A stretch of 64,000 bases of DNA from Chrysomallon squamiferum (GCA_012295275.1 CM022669.1:14384001-14448000), one strand, 5' to 3'. Positions 25,096 through 41,213 are shown, counted from the stretch's first letter. Notes: generated by a model not told the origin, from the sequence alone. Made by a program: numbers and translations.

Positions 25096-26421
25096 TGTTG
25101 GTCTTTTGATTAATTTTATCATCATCATCTTTAGTAGCGACAACTTTCTTCATTATCTATAAACAAAAATAAAAAATAAGATAATGAATATTTTAACAGC
25201 AAAGCTTTTCGTCTTTTTAAAAATTATATATATATATTTTTTTTTTTACATTATCCTGCTATGAGAAGGGAAACCTGAGTCACGACCAAGAAGGTTGGAA
25301 TGGGAAATTACGTAGAAAGCGGTTTAGCACAAAAAGACCAGTAATGCAGAAACGTAGAAAGAAACGAAGAATAAAACATTTAACAACAACAACAACAACA
25401 ACAACAATAATAAATAATAATAGTAAATAATAATAAATAAAATAATAAAAAAACACGGCAACTGTACATGGGCTATTCTTACGAATTAGCTGCAAGAGGT
25501 TTGTTTCTTTATTGCACCTTCTCGCTAACACGTAAATAAACGTATAGAACAGTTGCAATGCGATACACCAGACGTGAGTCAGCCAAACAGTGAAGACACA
25601 CAATGTCACCTCTAAGCTGAAGTGGGTTGCTGAGATCATTATTATAAGGAAGATAATATCTAAGTTAACAAAAGCTAAATGGATTAAACGAAATCGGATA
25701 ATAGTGAAAAAAAAATATCTATATCTATATCTATATATTATTATACATAATGGAAAAATAACAACTTCCTGGTCGAAGTATTCAGTATGTTTCGTAGTTG
25801 TAATGGATAGGATTACGTTTTATTTTGCTCACATTGTTATGGTTTGCTCAGTTGTTGTTATATATATATATATGTAAAAGAAAAGAAATAATAACAAATA
25901 AACAAGTAAAGAAATTAAAAAAACAACAAAAAAAAAATCAATCGGTCAATCAATCAATCAATCGATCAGTTTAGGAAGTATTAAACAGAAAGAAATGAAA
26001 GTGAATGTGGAATGTAAAAATAACTCAAACAGGTGTAGATCCAGTTTGTTGCTCTCGTTTTACTTCGACACGAACCTTTCATAATAATAAAGTATGGCAA
26101 ATAAAATAGCGAACTGACTAGACACTTTTTTTTTCTCTCTCTCTTTATCGTGAGGTCATTTCGTATGTATTCATACATAAATTCAATTTACGTTTTAGTT
26201 GTCTTTCTTTTTGTTTTACCATTTCCGTGGAAGGGATTATGACATCATGATAAAAGATAAAAGAAATAAAACTGCCAGTTACCTGTTACCATGCAACCAC
26301 TGTTCCGCTGACGTCATCTGTACGACAACAGAGTAAATCCCAGGTATCTCTCACATCTTCCGAAACACACCTGCTGAGAAACATCAGAACAATATAAAGG
26401 TCAACAAAAAATAAAGCCTCT

Positions 26422-26512
<91 letters not shown>

Positions 26513-26589
26513 AAAAAGGAAAGAACGAATGAAAGAAAAGGAATGTAACAAAGAGCAAACAAGGAGTGGACAAGAAACATTTACTTACA

Positions 26590-26646
<57 letters not shown>

Positions 26647-26693
26647 AAAAAAAAAAAAAAAAAAAAATAAATAAATAAATAAATAATAATAAT

Positions 26694-26724
<31 letters not shown>

Positions 26725-26817
26725 TAATAATAATAATAAAAAGAAATAAAATAAAATAAAATAAAAAATAACTTTTTTGAAGAAGAAGAAAAAGAAGAAA
26801 AAAATAATAATTAATTT

Positions 26818-26848
<31 letters not shown>

Positions 26849-26968
26849 TTTTTTAAAATCCACACTGCCGCATTGCTGAAATTTCAGTGTCTGTCAAAGT
26901 TACACACCTGCTGTTTGATATTACAAAAATATGCGGTCCTTTTTTTCTATTTACATTTTTATTATTTC

Positions 26969-27008
<40 letters not shown>

Positions 27009-27144
27009 GTATATTTATTCATTTTATTGGAATGTTCAAGAGCAAGGGGAAAGAAAAAGCTTTTGTTTTATGAAAAAGAAAGGACTTCAAAATATCTTTG
27101 AAATAAATAAATAAATAACTGCTATTACTACAATTACTACTGTA

Positions 27145-27192
<48 letters not shown>

Positions 27193-27363
27193 GCTACTAC
27201 TACTATAACTAATAATAAATAAATAAATACATATACATACATACATACATATATTCATACACCTATACATACATATATACATACGTAGATAAATAAATAA
27301 ATAAAAAATGAAGAAACGATATTTACCCATTTACCAATAAACGATAGGCTGAATTCATGAACT

Positions 27364-27856
27364 GAGATATGATAGCAACAGTTGTACTTCTTTATACAGA
27401 GCTTTAGTGTCTTTTTATTTACTTCTTTCTTTCATCCACTGAGTCTTTTAAGAGTATTTAGTGGTTCTTTCTTTTTAGTTATCTGTATCGTAACCGATCT
27501 TTCCTTATCAGTACACTTCGATATCGTCCTTCTGTTTTCGATCTGTTAGAACGTAAAATCACGTCCATTATAATTAATGTACAGTAATGTTTTATAATAT
27601 TTATGGAAAATAAGTGAAAAACTAAATAATAAAAATTCCAAAATAAAATTAAATAAAATTAAATTAAATTAAATTAAATTAAATTAAATTAAAGCAATGC
27701 GATACATCATAAAACAAACTAAATAAATAAATAAATAAACGTTCAGCTGTAGTCATTAATGAAGATATGATAGCAAGAGTTGTACTTCTTTATAGTGATC
27801 TTTTAGTTTCTTTTTTTCTTTCGCGTTCTTTTCATCCACTCAGTCTTTTAAGAGTT
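27364..27856. repeat. Pair of ~100-bp diverged direct repeats ~400 bp apart
   Basis: agatatgatagcaa.agttgtacttcttta...ttcatccact.agtcttttaagagt at ~27365 and ~27764. Confidence 0.75.
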
Positions 27857-27941
27857 TTTGGAGCTATTTAAAACTCGCCCAATAACGATTTACATAGCTC
27901 CATAAAACTGGAAAAAATAAGCAAAACATTCCATATTACAA

Positions 27942-28038
<97 letters not shown>

Positions 28039-28254
28039 AATAATCAATAAGAAACAAACCTTCACACTGATCATGAAATGCCACAACTGTATGTTTAATC
28101 CAGGCAGTCTAAGTAATACAATAAATAAATAAATAAATAAATAAATACAAACATACGAATTTATTTCAGTTGATGTACATTAAAAGCAGTACATTATATA
28201 ACACTGACGAAATGGTAGTTAAAAAATTTCAACAATTGTTTTAAATACTCCCAT

Positions 28255-28291
<37 letters not shown>

Positions 28292-29939
28292 TAATGTACA
28301 AACCATCTCCAGTTATTTTTCCCAGCATATACAAAAATTAATTATGCTTTGAGGAATATTTTTTATTCTGCACATCGAGAACCATATGTCATTTTCGTCT
28401 TCTTTTCCTCATATGTGCACATAGTTATTTATAGAATTTTTTTTTTCCTTAATTTTTTTTTATTTTTTTTTATTTTTGATGTCAAAGATTATCATTATGT
28501 ATGAATAAACATGTCTGACTAATAATAACTCATAATGTTTAAAATGTATTTTTACATATGCACGCGTTAGTAAAATACTTGACACGTTTTCAGATATCAT
28601 TACCAAAAAAAAAAAAAAAAAAAAAAAAAAAAACAACAACAAACATTATAAATAAATAAATAAAAATAATAACAGTGAATAAATAACAACCTAAGATAAA
28701 TTGTAACAACACAACAACAGCAGCAGCAGCAACAACAAAAACAACAACAACAACAACAATAATAATAATAATCATAATCACAATGAGCATATCTCCTGCA
28801 AAAGTAGAACTGTTTTCTTTTAAAATGTTTTAAATCGAAAATACTAACCCAGATCTTTTAAATGAGTTTTTTTTTTTTTTTTTTTTTTTATGTTTCAAGC
28901 GCCACTGTTCAAGCATTGTCACTCTGCGCACACGTAGACATGCAACATAATACGAACCGAGATGTCGTAGAATGACGACTTCAGTGAAAACCACTTAATA
29001 ACTGTACGTGCAGATTATCACGAATATTTCTTTTTAACAGTCATAACCGATTACCTTTTTTTTTTCTTTCTTTCTTTTTTTTTTTTCGCCCTTAATTGTT
29101 TCGTGATCTGGTTTGAAATGTAAAAATCGCACATCCTGTATAACTCTTCTACGAAACTGTGTATAAACACAATACAAAATATCACACACACACACACACA
29201 TTAAAAAGTTAATAAATAAGTTGATGGAAAGAAATATAATTATCAAAAACAACAACAACAACAATAATAATAATAATAATAACAATGGTAATTATATACG
29301 GTACTGTAATAGTAGTTATAATTCAGACTAATAATAAATAAATCAATAATAATAAAATAATGGTTAAAAAATAGTAAATAAATAAATATTGTTAACAACA
29401 ACAACAATAACAACAACAGTAATAATAAGAATAACCGTAAGAATAAATAACTGACTAACTAAATAAATAAAACCCGCTAGGGCCAGGCAGATCAGAATAC
29501 GAAAGATCTAAGTGCAGACATAACTGTGTAACGATAAATATTATTATCTTAGAACAGTGTCAGGGAATCAATTGTAGATCATAAATATCTGTAACGTAGA
29601 GTGTGGCTTAAAATTCGTCATACTGCATTACCAGCTTAATTAGTTAGCAAACATTTTAAAATATAATGCCACGAAAGAGTATATCAGACGAAATTTAAAA
29701 CAAACAAAAATAATAATAAAAAAGACAGTAATGAAATAACATAAATGTGCGTAATAGCTTAAATGTTAGACTGTGTGGTTATTTAAAGAACATTCAAGAA
29801 TTGAAAATTACGTTTTAATGGTATTTTTATTTACATATCTTTGCTAAAAAAAAAAAAAAAACACACCCAAAAAAACAACAACACCCAAACAGGATGGATG
29901 TTAAGCAGTCAGATGATTACTAAACAGGACACAAAGTTA

Positions 29940-30073
29940 ACACGAGTCCGGTTGTCCGCGTTTTAGAGCTCACCTCGTAAGCGACGATTTCGCAATCGAT
30001 CTGCCAATCTTTTCAGCAAGCAAGATGGCGATGTTTTGTTCACGTCGACCGTGTGGGTTTATTAACATTTACT
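29940..30073 (+). promoter_or_regulatory. Candidate promoter and first exon of the ATP8B-like gene
   Basis: CpG cluster, YY1-type motif CAAGATGGCG at 30021-30030, consensus donor ACT|gtaagt at 30073. CpG depletion begins just downstream. Confidence 0.55.
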
Positions 30074-33000
30074 GTAAGTAATACATGTATGATATTCTTG
30101 GTTATAGTGTGAATTATAAACAGTTTTAGCTTTGATGATATTAATCGGATAAGCATAATGACGTGGTACAGAAGGAAAGGAATTTTAATATGCCTACATA
30201 GCCTAGGATAGCCAAGTATCGTAAACAAAATTCATCCATGTAAATCATTGTAGTGGTATCATGGCAGCAGAGGTTAATGTTTATTGTTTGTTCATCGATA
30301 TTTAGGTTTAATTTGTAGGTAGTGTCATGTTTTATTATTTATTTAACATGTGGGTTTTTTTTTAAAGTTTTTAAAAGTTTTTTTGTTTTTTGTTTTTTAA
30401 AGTTTTTAATATTACTTTATGTTTTACATAATGATAATCATACGTGATACGATAACTGTCGTGATTTATTTGATACCTGTTTTTTTGTTTCATTTTCAAG
30501 TATTTGTAAACCGCACTCGCAGGCAAACCAGGCTATAATTTACACTAGCAAGTAATTATTATTTACTAATTTACTTTTTACATATTTAAAAATAAAAAAA
30601 AATTACATCTTTTTATTTTATTCTGTTTGGAACAATTGTAGGATTAAATTATCAAACTGTCATTTGTAAATTTATTAATTTGGTAAATGTTGTCAACACT
30701 GTTGACTTTTAAAACTAATCTCTGTATTGGGATATTTATAAAATATGTCTCATTGTCTGAAAATGTCAATGGAAGTGAAAGCAGGAAATATAAATAATTT
30801 AAAGAACTACAGTTTATCCAAATACTTTAAATAAATATTTTTAAATAATGTTTTTAGGAAGGGCACACAACAAATGCAGGTTAATGTAAATTCAGATTAT
30901 ACATTTGTGATTCATAGTTGAAAATCTGCATGCAGCTTCTTCCTGTAACATGAAGTATATAACCTATTGTTAAAAAAATACAGTAGTGAAGCAATTTGAA
31001 ACTTCAGTAATTTTACAACTGCTCCTTAAATGGAACTAAAAATAGTTACACTTAATAAACAAATACTGATGTTTATATTTATAAAAATAGATTATACAGA
31101 AAATAACAGAATTGTTATATTACTGTAGTTTGATTTTGTTTTGGTATTTAGTTTTGTTGTATTTTAACTTCAAAATTACTGACATAACTTGGCTATATAA
31201 TGACTCAGTGATTTGTCAGGAATAAACTTGTGTGCAGTGAATTATCAACAGTGGTAAAATCATCTTAGATGTATAAAAAATATATTTAATATATATATTT
31301 TAATTTGATTTTGTATTAATTATATTTATATTATTTATTTATTTATAAGTAAATAATATAAATATTATATATATATATATATATATCCTCTGACATGTTA
31401 TTGATTCACTCTTAAGTAATGGTTCTCCAATTGTTTTTTTTTTTTTTCTAATTAAACAATATATTGTCATGTCAAATGCAGCTAACATATCTGTGTTTTG
31501 ATTTTGCACAGTTTTACAGAATAGTTCAAATGCTGCTTTGATATTTAACAGTGCAGTGATTTTATCTAACTGACCTGAAACAAGGATATATATTTATTTG
31601 ACCTGTCTGCTTTTGTCTTAATAGATTCTGTACAAACATGCCAAAGATACCATGTTTATTTAATAACAACAATTAGAAGCATGATATTTGATTTAGGCTC
31701 TTGGAAATTTCTCTTTTAGATCTCAGTTTTAGATTTATTATATTCTGAAAATTTTCAAACTACAATTTACCTTATGTTCATTATTTCAGATATTTCTCAA
31801 ATTACTACTTATGTTAGCAGTCCCAGATCTAAATAGATCATGTTCTTTTTAATGGGTTTTTGTATTTTTTATCATCTTTCTATTAATTAATTATTTTTAT
31901 TTTTTAATAAAAATCATGGACATAATTTAACATTTTATACTTTAGTTAAAATTGATCTCATAGCTAACGACTGAAAATTATTTTTTAAGCTGTGAATTTT
32001 TAATATATAATCTGAGATTTCTTATTTTAAACAGTATCAATAATTTTTATTTGTTATTTATTGTCAAAACTTATGTGTAATTAAACCATAAAACAAGACC
32101 AGACATGTTAATAATATAAGGCTTTAATTTGGATTATTTAGCCCCATTTGTAGAAATAAATGTTCTCTCTCTCATTTTTAATAATTTTCTATCCACATTT
32201 TTAAAAGAATCTGTAGGCTTTGTACAGATTACTTTCCAATACACTTAGCCAGTTACTATCTGATACAGTATCAGAATATGTCTTGCACGAAATAGAATTG
32301 TGCTGATAAATGTTCTTCAAAATCATATGTTTGGCAAGTAATAGAAATGAAAGCAATTTGCTGTTTTGCTCATGTTTCCGAGTAACAGAAAAATGTAGAC
32401 TTCTTTAGTCATAACAAGAACAAGAATTCTATCAGCAAAACTATCTTTTTTATAACTTGTGTGTTTACACATATATATTTTTTGCAGTAAATTTTAATTT
32501 GTTTCTTTTACATACATATATATTATTTGTACATTATGTATTTATGCACAGATTATCAATATCATTTATCACAACTTTTGGATCTGGCTTTCCTACATAC
32601 AGTATATAAATACATGCACACATGTACATAAATATATACATGCGATATAAATATATTCAGCACAAATACACAAAAATACCAGTATGTTATAAATCCTGTG
32701 TATGAAAGGTATGGATCTTCAATTTTGGAAATATGGTTATTGTTATGAATAAAGATGAGATGAGCAACCTAAAAAAAAAGGATATTTATGAAAATGCTGT
32801 CTTCATCCTTCCAATACTGTATGAAACAACAGTCTGTAAATACTGAAAATTTAAGATGCTAACATTTTACATTTTTTTAATTTTTTTAATATTATTATTA
32901 TTTTTGTTTTATTTCTTGATTAGTTTTTTTTTAGCCAGTGATGGTACATGAATTATTTAGAACAGACGAAATACCACAGTGGAATTGTGCCAAATTTTGA

Positions 33001-33521
33001 ATTAATCACTGGCATACCTTTTAGGCATTTTTCTTCTTTCTTTCTTTTTAATTTTTTTTTATGTTCATAAATATATGTGTTTTCTCTGGGAAAATGAGTA
33101 AGACTGATTTGTTTGTAAAGTTTTTTTATATAATGATAGCAAATTAATCTGAACATGAGTTAATAATTTCTAGTAATAAACTAATGTGCTGTTTTCATAA
33201 ATAATATTTTTAAATACATATTGAAAATACTTGCTATTGTCAAATTACAAAGACATAATCTTCATAGATACTTAAATGTGGTTACACACTTCCTTAATCT
33301 TAATAAAACCACAGAGGTTTTCATTTGTTGCATTTATCTCATGTTTGTTTCAATCAACTGTTCATAATAAAGAATGTTTACTGGGACTGAGTATTCAAAG
33401 ATTTTAATTAATAATTTTAAATCTTTATTGAACACACTGTTGAGTCAGTTCATCCTGTTTTTCTTTTTCTTCTAATATGACACAAATTTAAAAAAAAAAA
33501 GTAATAATAATAAAAATTTAA

Positions 33522-33565
<44 letters not shown>

Positions 33566-36182
33566 TAAAATAAATAAAATAAAATAAATAAATAAATAAA
33601 TAAATAAATAAACAACAACAACAACAACAAAAATATTTGATTTTTCAAATCAGCTGTGTGCAGTTTCTTTTTAATTTAATACCACAACATTGATTATTAA
33701 TTTCATCTTAATGTTACATGGTAAAATATGTTGACAAACAGAAATCATTTTTACATTGATATTATAAACACTTAAAATATTTATGTCTTCAGAATTTAAT
33801 AAAAAAAAATTATCTTGAAACCCAGAACATTAATATTTTATTGATATATCTGTATAGATTTATAGTTCAGACAAATACTCTTATTTCAAAACATCAATTT
33901 GTATTCTGTAAATATCCAAAAGACGTTTCTTGCTGTGTATTTGTTTCATGAATTAATAATCCTTTTGGAATAGAAGACAGAAAAAGTATTTTGTAAACAT
34001 AAATGTATTTTTTTAAATGCTGTTAATTTAGAAATATGTTGTGCAGTGAACTTTGAACTGATAGTCATCAGTTTGTGCTGGATATTTATAAAATAATATG
34101 TGATATGGAATTGAATTTTTGAATTTCTGACACTGATTAATCAGAAAAAGGACCTTTGAGATTTCAGATGCATTCCGTTGCATACTAAAATTATAGAATG
34201 ATGTTATTGTAATAAAATTTATGATACAAAATTATATCATATGATAGGCTTTTTGACAGGTTCATTTTAATGGTGAGAACAAAAATATGTGATGCTTAGA
34301 CACCCACGTACACACACACACACAAAGCATTTTGCTTTAAATTTAGCTTGATGATGAATGTACATATTATACTGTAGAAGCAGTAATATCAGAAACCTCT
34401 TATAAGCATATATAATGGACAAACAGTTTTAGATTTAGCCAAGAATTTTAATATATAAAAGCAGGAATGATGTAATTTCTGTGGCTTATTTTTGTTTTGT
34501 TTTATAAGGAAGGAAAATAAAGGACAGACTTTTCTTTGAATGACATCATCGGTTTATATGTCAGTATCGCCTGTTACTTTGTTGTTAGGTGTGTCTGTTC
34601 ATGCTGTTCTAATTCAAGGTTAATTGTGGTATACAGTATCTAGTGCACTGACTCACAAAACAGTTACTGCCAAGAAAGATTGAAAAGACAGGGATTTTTC
34701 TACTGTGAATATTGATGAGGTTTTGTGAAATTTATTGAACAAAATGACACTGTGTTAGCAGTTGAAGATCAAATATGATGTTACATGTTATAAAAGAAAA
34801 ATAGTGTGGGTTTTTTGTGTGTGTGTACTGAAAGTGTGAGAAGAAGAATTGTGGTTTTATTTGAGAGTGTTTGGATTGTGTTTATCTTTGTTAGCTATGT
34901 CACTTTTAAAATTAATTTATTTTTAATGTATATGCATGTATCTGTGTGAATGTATGTCTGTGGGTATGTATATGTAAGGTTACTGACATACAAAAATGCA
35001 GCATGGAGCTATTTATATTTCATGAGCTGTCGTATTTAATATTTGCTTTAATTAAAAAAAAGAAGAAGAAACTTACACATTCATTAAGAATGTGCAACTA
35101 AAGTGGTTGTGCTAACTGGGTAATCATCATGTTATCTGCATTGCACCTCTGTGTCACCCTATCCTGTTTCCAAAGTTTAATTACAAGAACAGGACATGGA
35201 ATGTAAAAACCTATTTTTCCTTCTGTATACAACCGTTGCATTATTTTACAGTACTAACCAGACCGTAAAACCTGGCATGATTATCAGTAACCGTTTCAAA
35301 ATATTCATAAATGTCCAAAATCAAGCTTGTTCCAGTGATAACTGAAACAAATTTACCTTTTTTTTATACATACATACATACATACATACATACATACATA
35401 CATACATACATACATACACTGTGTTATGATAGGAATATAATTTTAAAATAGTTAAATAAAAATGGTTGTTACATCAGGTGATCTTAGAGAAAACAGTCAA
35501 ATGAGAATTGACATTCATAAATAGGTTTACCAAGTTAAACTAAACTAACTTTTTAAAAAGATTATTATTATTTATTATTGTTGTTGTTTATTCAGTAATA
35601 TGATAATGGCTAGATGGTAGTGAACATAAAAACAGCTTTAATTCACGTTCTCATTTTATCCTGCCATCCACAGCAAGGACTATTTTACATGACTTGTATT
35701 TATGTGTCTGCTGAGCCCAACAACTAATGATTTTTGTAATTTTAGTAATGAACCCAGAAATAACTGTCCATAGTACTGTGGGTATATTAAGGCAATTGAT
35801 CTTATCTGGCAATACTACACAATTGATTTACATGCTGTACTAGTTGTTCAGTAAAATAGTTTATGGTTCATAGGGTTAACGTAGCTTCATGACTGTGTCT
35901 AGCTTTAGTTCTGACGTGTTAGCCTGGCATATTAAAGGTTTGTAATTTATTGTAGAAATTTAGAGAAAAAGAAAGGAAATAACAATTTATATACTTGTTT
36001 TAAAATCTAGATTAAATGGTTACATGATATACTGCAGTTTGGACATATTTAAAATTAATAATAATAATAATAATAATAATAACTATAATAATAAAATGAA
36101 TAAATTGGCTGTAATGTGTAAGGATTCAAAAACGCCCCATTCCATTTAAAATCGCATTTTACTTATTTCTTTTTTCCTCCAG

Positions 36183-36360
36183 TGAATACACAGAGATTTT
36201 AATGAATAGTCTTCAGACGAAAACTATTACGGTCTTTATTTTCTGTGCATGTCTAGAAATCCTTTTCACACGTCCATTTGAATTAGCCTGACTTGTCTTC
36301 CATATCAATATACTTCAATGCGTCATTGCAGAGATGTCAAACGAAGGTCTTAATCAAACA
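36183..36360 (+). other. Possible 5'UTR/cryptic exon of the ATP8B-like gene
   Basis: Acceptor ttctttttttcctccag| and donor ACA|gtaagt; no sustained ORF. Confidence 0.3.
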
Positions 36361-37316
36361 GTAAGTATAAGCCTGAGACCCGGTGGTCCTGGTTATCCTG
36401 ACTTGATGACTTGGGTTGTGTCAAAATTTTCAGCTTCATCCCATGCTTAATCCTCTTGGGAAATTTCCTCCAATCTTATATTAATCAGACACTATTGATA
36501 CATAGAAGGATACTGACAATATTTTTGAATCTAGTATGCTTTCTGTGTCTTAGAGCATGCACACAGGACAATCAATAGTGTTGTTTTGGAAGATAGAATA
36601 ATTACAAACAACTGTGTTTATTTAGAAATAAATTAATAAATACGATATATGCCCCCCCCCCCAAAAAAAAAGGCAACCCACAATAGAATATGTACACATT
36701 ATTTGTTTGTATGTTATTTTAATTTAAGTCTGAGATAGGAATTTTAATGAGGTATTAAACATTGTTGTCTACTTTTTGATTTTGTATCAGAATAATTCTC
36801 CATTCTTGAAAAATAATGTCTGTATACCAGGTCCAGCAGATTACATTACTTTTCAGAAATGAAGAGTTTATTACTAATACAGCAATAGCATAGTCTTCAG
36901 TTTACAATGCTAAATGTTCATAAAAGTTTCATTATAATTTAAATGGAATGTGTAGAATTGCTGCACCATCACTGAAAATATAATGAAGGTACAGAGACAA
37001 CAAAAGTGTGTTTTCAATGTCAGATTTCAGTGACAGCTGTGGCATTATATCTGTATATTTTTTATTTACTGTGCATATAATTATAAGTAGAATGAAAAAT
37101 TATTTCTTAAGTTAAAAAAGCTATGATCAGCTTGTTGTGTCTGAAGGAAATAACATTCATATGAATGATAAAGGAGGTTTAGTCCTTTTCATTGTTGCCA
37201 TCAAAATTGTTTTTGCGCCTTAACAAGTCATTAAAAGGAATATTGAAGCCAGATATTTATATTTGTTCTGATTTTTATAACAGCCTTAGTGACACATCTG
37301 TCAAAATATGTGCTAA

Positions 37317-37369
<53 letters not shown>

Positions 37370-37598
37370 ATGTGAGTGTATTATATATGTTCTGACAGAT
37401 GCTGCACTAAAGCTCAGTTATAAAATCAGAACAAATAACAAAAAAGCAAAACACAGTAACACACACACATGCACACACAACAAGCTAATACTGATTTATG
37501 AAAAGTAATTATATAAATAACAGTAATAATGTTTGTTAAAAAGTCATATCAAATTCATTAGTTGCTGTTGTACAGAACATGCTAACTGTATTATTTTA

Positions 37599-37666
<68 letters not shown>

Positions 37667-39773
37667 CTCTTTGTGTGTGTGTGTGTATATATATATTTTT
37701 ACAGAGAGGGAGAGGGAGGGAGAGAGAAAGAAAGCAGTTTAAAATAATATTGTTAGCATGTTGCAATTAAATAATAAATATTCATGAAATCTGTCACATT
37801 TCACTTTATTATTATTTGATTTCTTTTAAATTATTATATACCAGTTTATTTAGTCGTATTAAATAAATATTTGCTTTTAATAACACTGAATACACTTGGC
37901 AGATGTGACATGTTGCTGAAATAAAACTTAATACTATTACTAAAACATTAACATTTATTCAAGATTATTTTTATATGGTCCCAACATTTTAGTTTTCATT
38001 CTAAATAGCACGGTTGAAGGAGAATATCAAGGTGTTTTTTTTTGTGTGTTTTTAAAAAAAATATAAATTATAGCATTCAGTTTAGGATTTGAATTACTGA
38101 ACAGTACATAGTAATTATTATACACAAAGATTTATTGAATTCTCATCATCTAAAACATTCAGTGGCCAGTGATAAAGCAGTAAATAAGGAAGACATATTA
38201 CAAGTGTCTTATAAAACCTTAAACCTTTATCATAGTTGATAGTTGATTCTTATGTTTAATTTCTAAAATCACGATACAACTAAAAAAAAAACAAAAAAAC
38301 TTAACACTAAAAAAAATAAAAAAAAAATAAAAATCAATAAATAAATAAATAAAATTCAGTTTTCATGAATATCTTGATTTTTTATAGCCCCATTGAAATG
38401 TCGATTATTAGTTTTTATTTAAGTTTTCCTGTGTAACAAAACTGTTTCTTCAGAACTAATCCAAGTAGATAGCAACCTTTATTGGTTATTTAGTGTAGAA
38501 CATTTGTAACATCAGTATTTGAAACTAAATCTATAAATTTGATTGACAGTTGTGTTAAATTTGTCAAACATGTCATGAATCTTACAACTCCCATTTCCAT
38601 ATCAAGAAGAAATTTATTGACATATTGATTTTTTAAAAACTTTTCCCTATAACCTTTATTATGTGTAGAAACATTAGCTTTATAAAGTCTCATCTGTCAA
38701 TTAGCATTAAATATAGTAAAATTCTTTTCCCTGTTTCTGTAAAAACATTACTGGAAGTCGTTACTTTGACACTCAGCATGTTATATTTTGAAAGATATTG
38801 TTCATTACTGTATTTGATTACTTGTGGTGATTTATGACAGACCACAAAATATTTAAATAACCAATTATCACTTTCCATTTTTAATTTCTCTTGAAAGAAA
38901 TACAGATAAATTCTGATAATGTTGTGTCCATTATTATATGAATGGAACAAGAAAAGGAAAAAATAATTTTTCTTATGTATCTATATGCAGTCTTTGTAGT
39001 ATTTTATTCTCCTAAGCAGACCAGAAATTTGGTGTTTGCTATAATAGATCTTGAATTTTGTTTTTCAATTGCTACAGCAATAAAATAGGTCACGTGGATT
39101 TGATATATGGGCAGGTGTTTTGATAATGATTTATCCTTGCATTTGAGATAATTATTCACATATCAACATGATATCATGAAATCTGAGAAATCCTTTTTCC
39201 AAGCTGTCAGCTGGTGCTTAACAATATTTTATGAAATGGAATGAGATTTGCTTTCTTTGGGAAGGAACAAACAACAGATCTCTTCAGCTATTCTGTCAAA
39301 TTAATCTGATGGAATTCATATTACATAATTATGCAGAAACATATACGTGACAGCTAATAAATAATAATTTGAAAACTATTTTGAGGTCATTAATTTTTCA
39401 CTTTTATATACATATATATTTGTATTTCATTTTTAAAAGCCATGTTTGATGGATGATAACATTTATTATTAATAATAATTGTCAGAAAGTGCCATCCAGA
39501 AAATGTGGATTATGTGTTTTTCAGCATGTTTAACAAATCAATAAGAATAAAATAGAAATATTTTTTAAAATACTTTAAAGCCTGCCATATCCACTTGATT
39601 CTGAATTTGATGTTAAATTTTAATTATTGTTATAAGGGTGAGCTTGAGTGTGTTGAAGAGAAGTAATTTTCTTGTTTTTTGTTCTTTTTAATAAACCATT
39701 AATTGTCGTGTGTGTGTGTGTTTGTTATTGTTCATATATTTGTTTAATAAAAATGTTACTCTGTGTTTTGTAG

Positions 39774-39842
39774 GACTGATGGAATGCTTAATGTTCAAAC
39801 CATAAGAACGCAAGAATTTTGTTTACAGTTTGTGAAAAACAG
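39774..39842 (+). other. Possible 5'UTR exon of the ATP8B-like gene
   Basis: Acceptor ctctgtgttttgtag| and donor CAG|gtactt, flanked by T-rich intron-like sequence. Confidence 0.4.
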
Positions 39843-41149
39843 GTACTTACATTTATTTTATTTCCTGTAATTGCTTTTTCATTTTAACTTTTTACTTTTT
39901 TTGTTCTTTTAATTTTTCTTGTTTTTATTTATTTTTATTTTTTTGCTTTGAAAATGTATGTAAGACATGAGAAAATCTTAAAATTTATTTTATTTACTTA
40001 CATTTTTTAAAAACTTTAAAGAGAATAATCAAATACTTTTGATATGTTTTTTAATTTTTTTTATTTATACTTAATATATGAAAAGATGTTATGATTATGG
40101 TAATCATTATTATCAATTCACAGATAAACATATTGATTATGTCATCTTTTTTTCACCTTGAATTTGAAATATTTATATTATAAATTTCTTGGGGTTTTTT
40201 TTTTCTTTCTTTCTTTTTTACCTAAGCTTTTAAATAAAGTCATCTTTATCTTTTGGCATGTTTCACTGTATCTGATAACACTAATAACCTTTTGGCATTT
40301 AAAAGTCAGTTTCAGCCAGATTCTTTTCATTTTTATTTTATTATTTTATATCATTTTGTATGGTTTTGCTTTTTACAGATAATGAAAAATTTATGTCGTA
40401 GTTACGCGCTTTATTAAATGTATTCAGACTTGTATCTAAAAAGGGCGTATGGCAAGTATTGGTTCCACTGAACGATTTCTTTGATGTTGCCTATAACCAG
40501 CAACAGTTTGTTTCACATAAACAGTATATAATAAACCTTTAATAAAAAGGGAAAGAAAAATCCATGTGGCATTTACAGCAAGGCTGGATATAATTTGCTG
40601 ATTACAAATACTGTTAATGTAAAAAACAAAAACAAATGAATTCTGCAGATCTTGCTTCAAAACACATCTATGCAACGACATACGTTTTGTTTATTAAAAA
40701 TTTAATTTTCTCAAAATAATTATAGTAATAATATTAATAGAAAATAAGAACAACAGAAATAATTAAACCCTTTGATTTTGGGGATGTTTCTGATGCTGTG
40801 AAATGTATACAAATCAATTACTGTTTGACAAGAACATGGAAAGCACATTAATATCAGTGTAAGCATTGAGCAGTAAGGAAAATACTACTACTCTTTCATG
40901 ATCATCAGTTTGAATTGGCTTGATAATAAAATATATAAATAAACATGCGTCTATTAATGATTTTCTTTTTTCCCCTGACAATATATTTTATTATTCTACA
41001 ATTTATAGTAAGGAAAAATAAAATTTAAAATACATATACTATTATCATTTTGTCAGAAGAGAATAAAATTAAATAAAAACATAAAGAAATATAAATAAAA
41101 TTAATTAACTTAAATAAAAGAAAAGTGAAAATGAATGAAAAAGGAAAGA

Positions 41150-41213
<64 letters not shown>

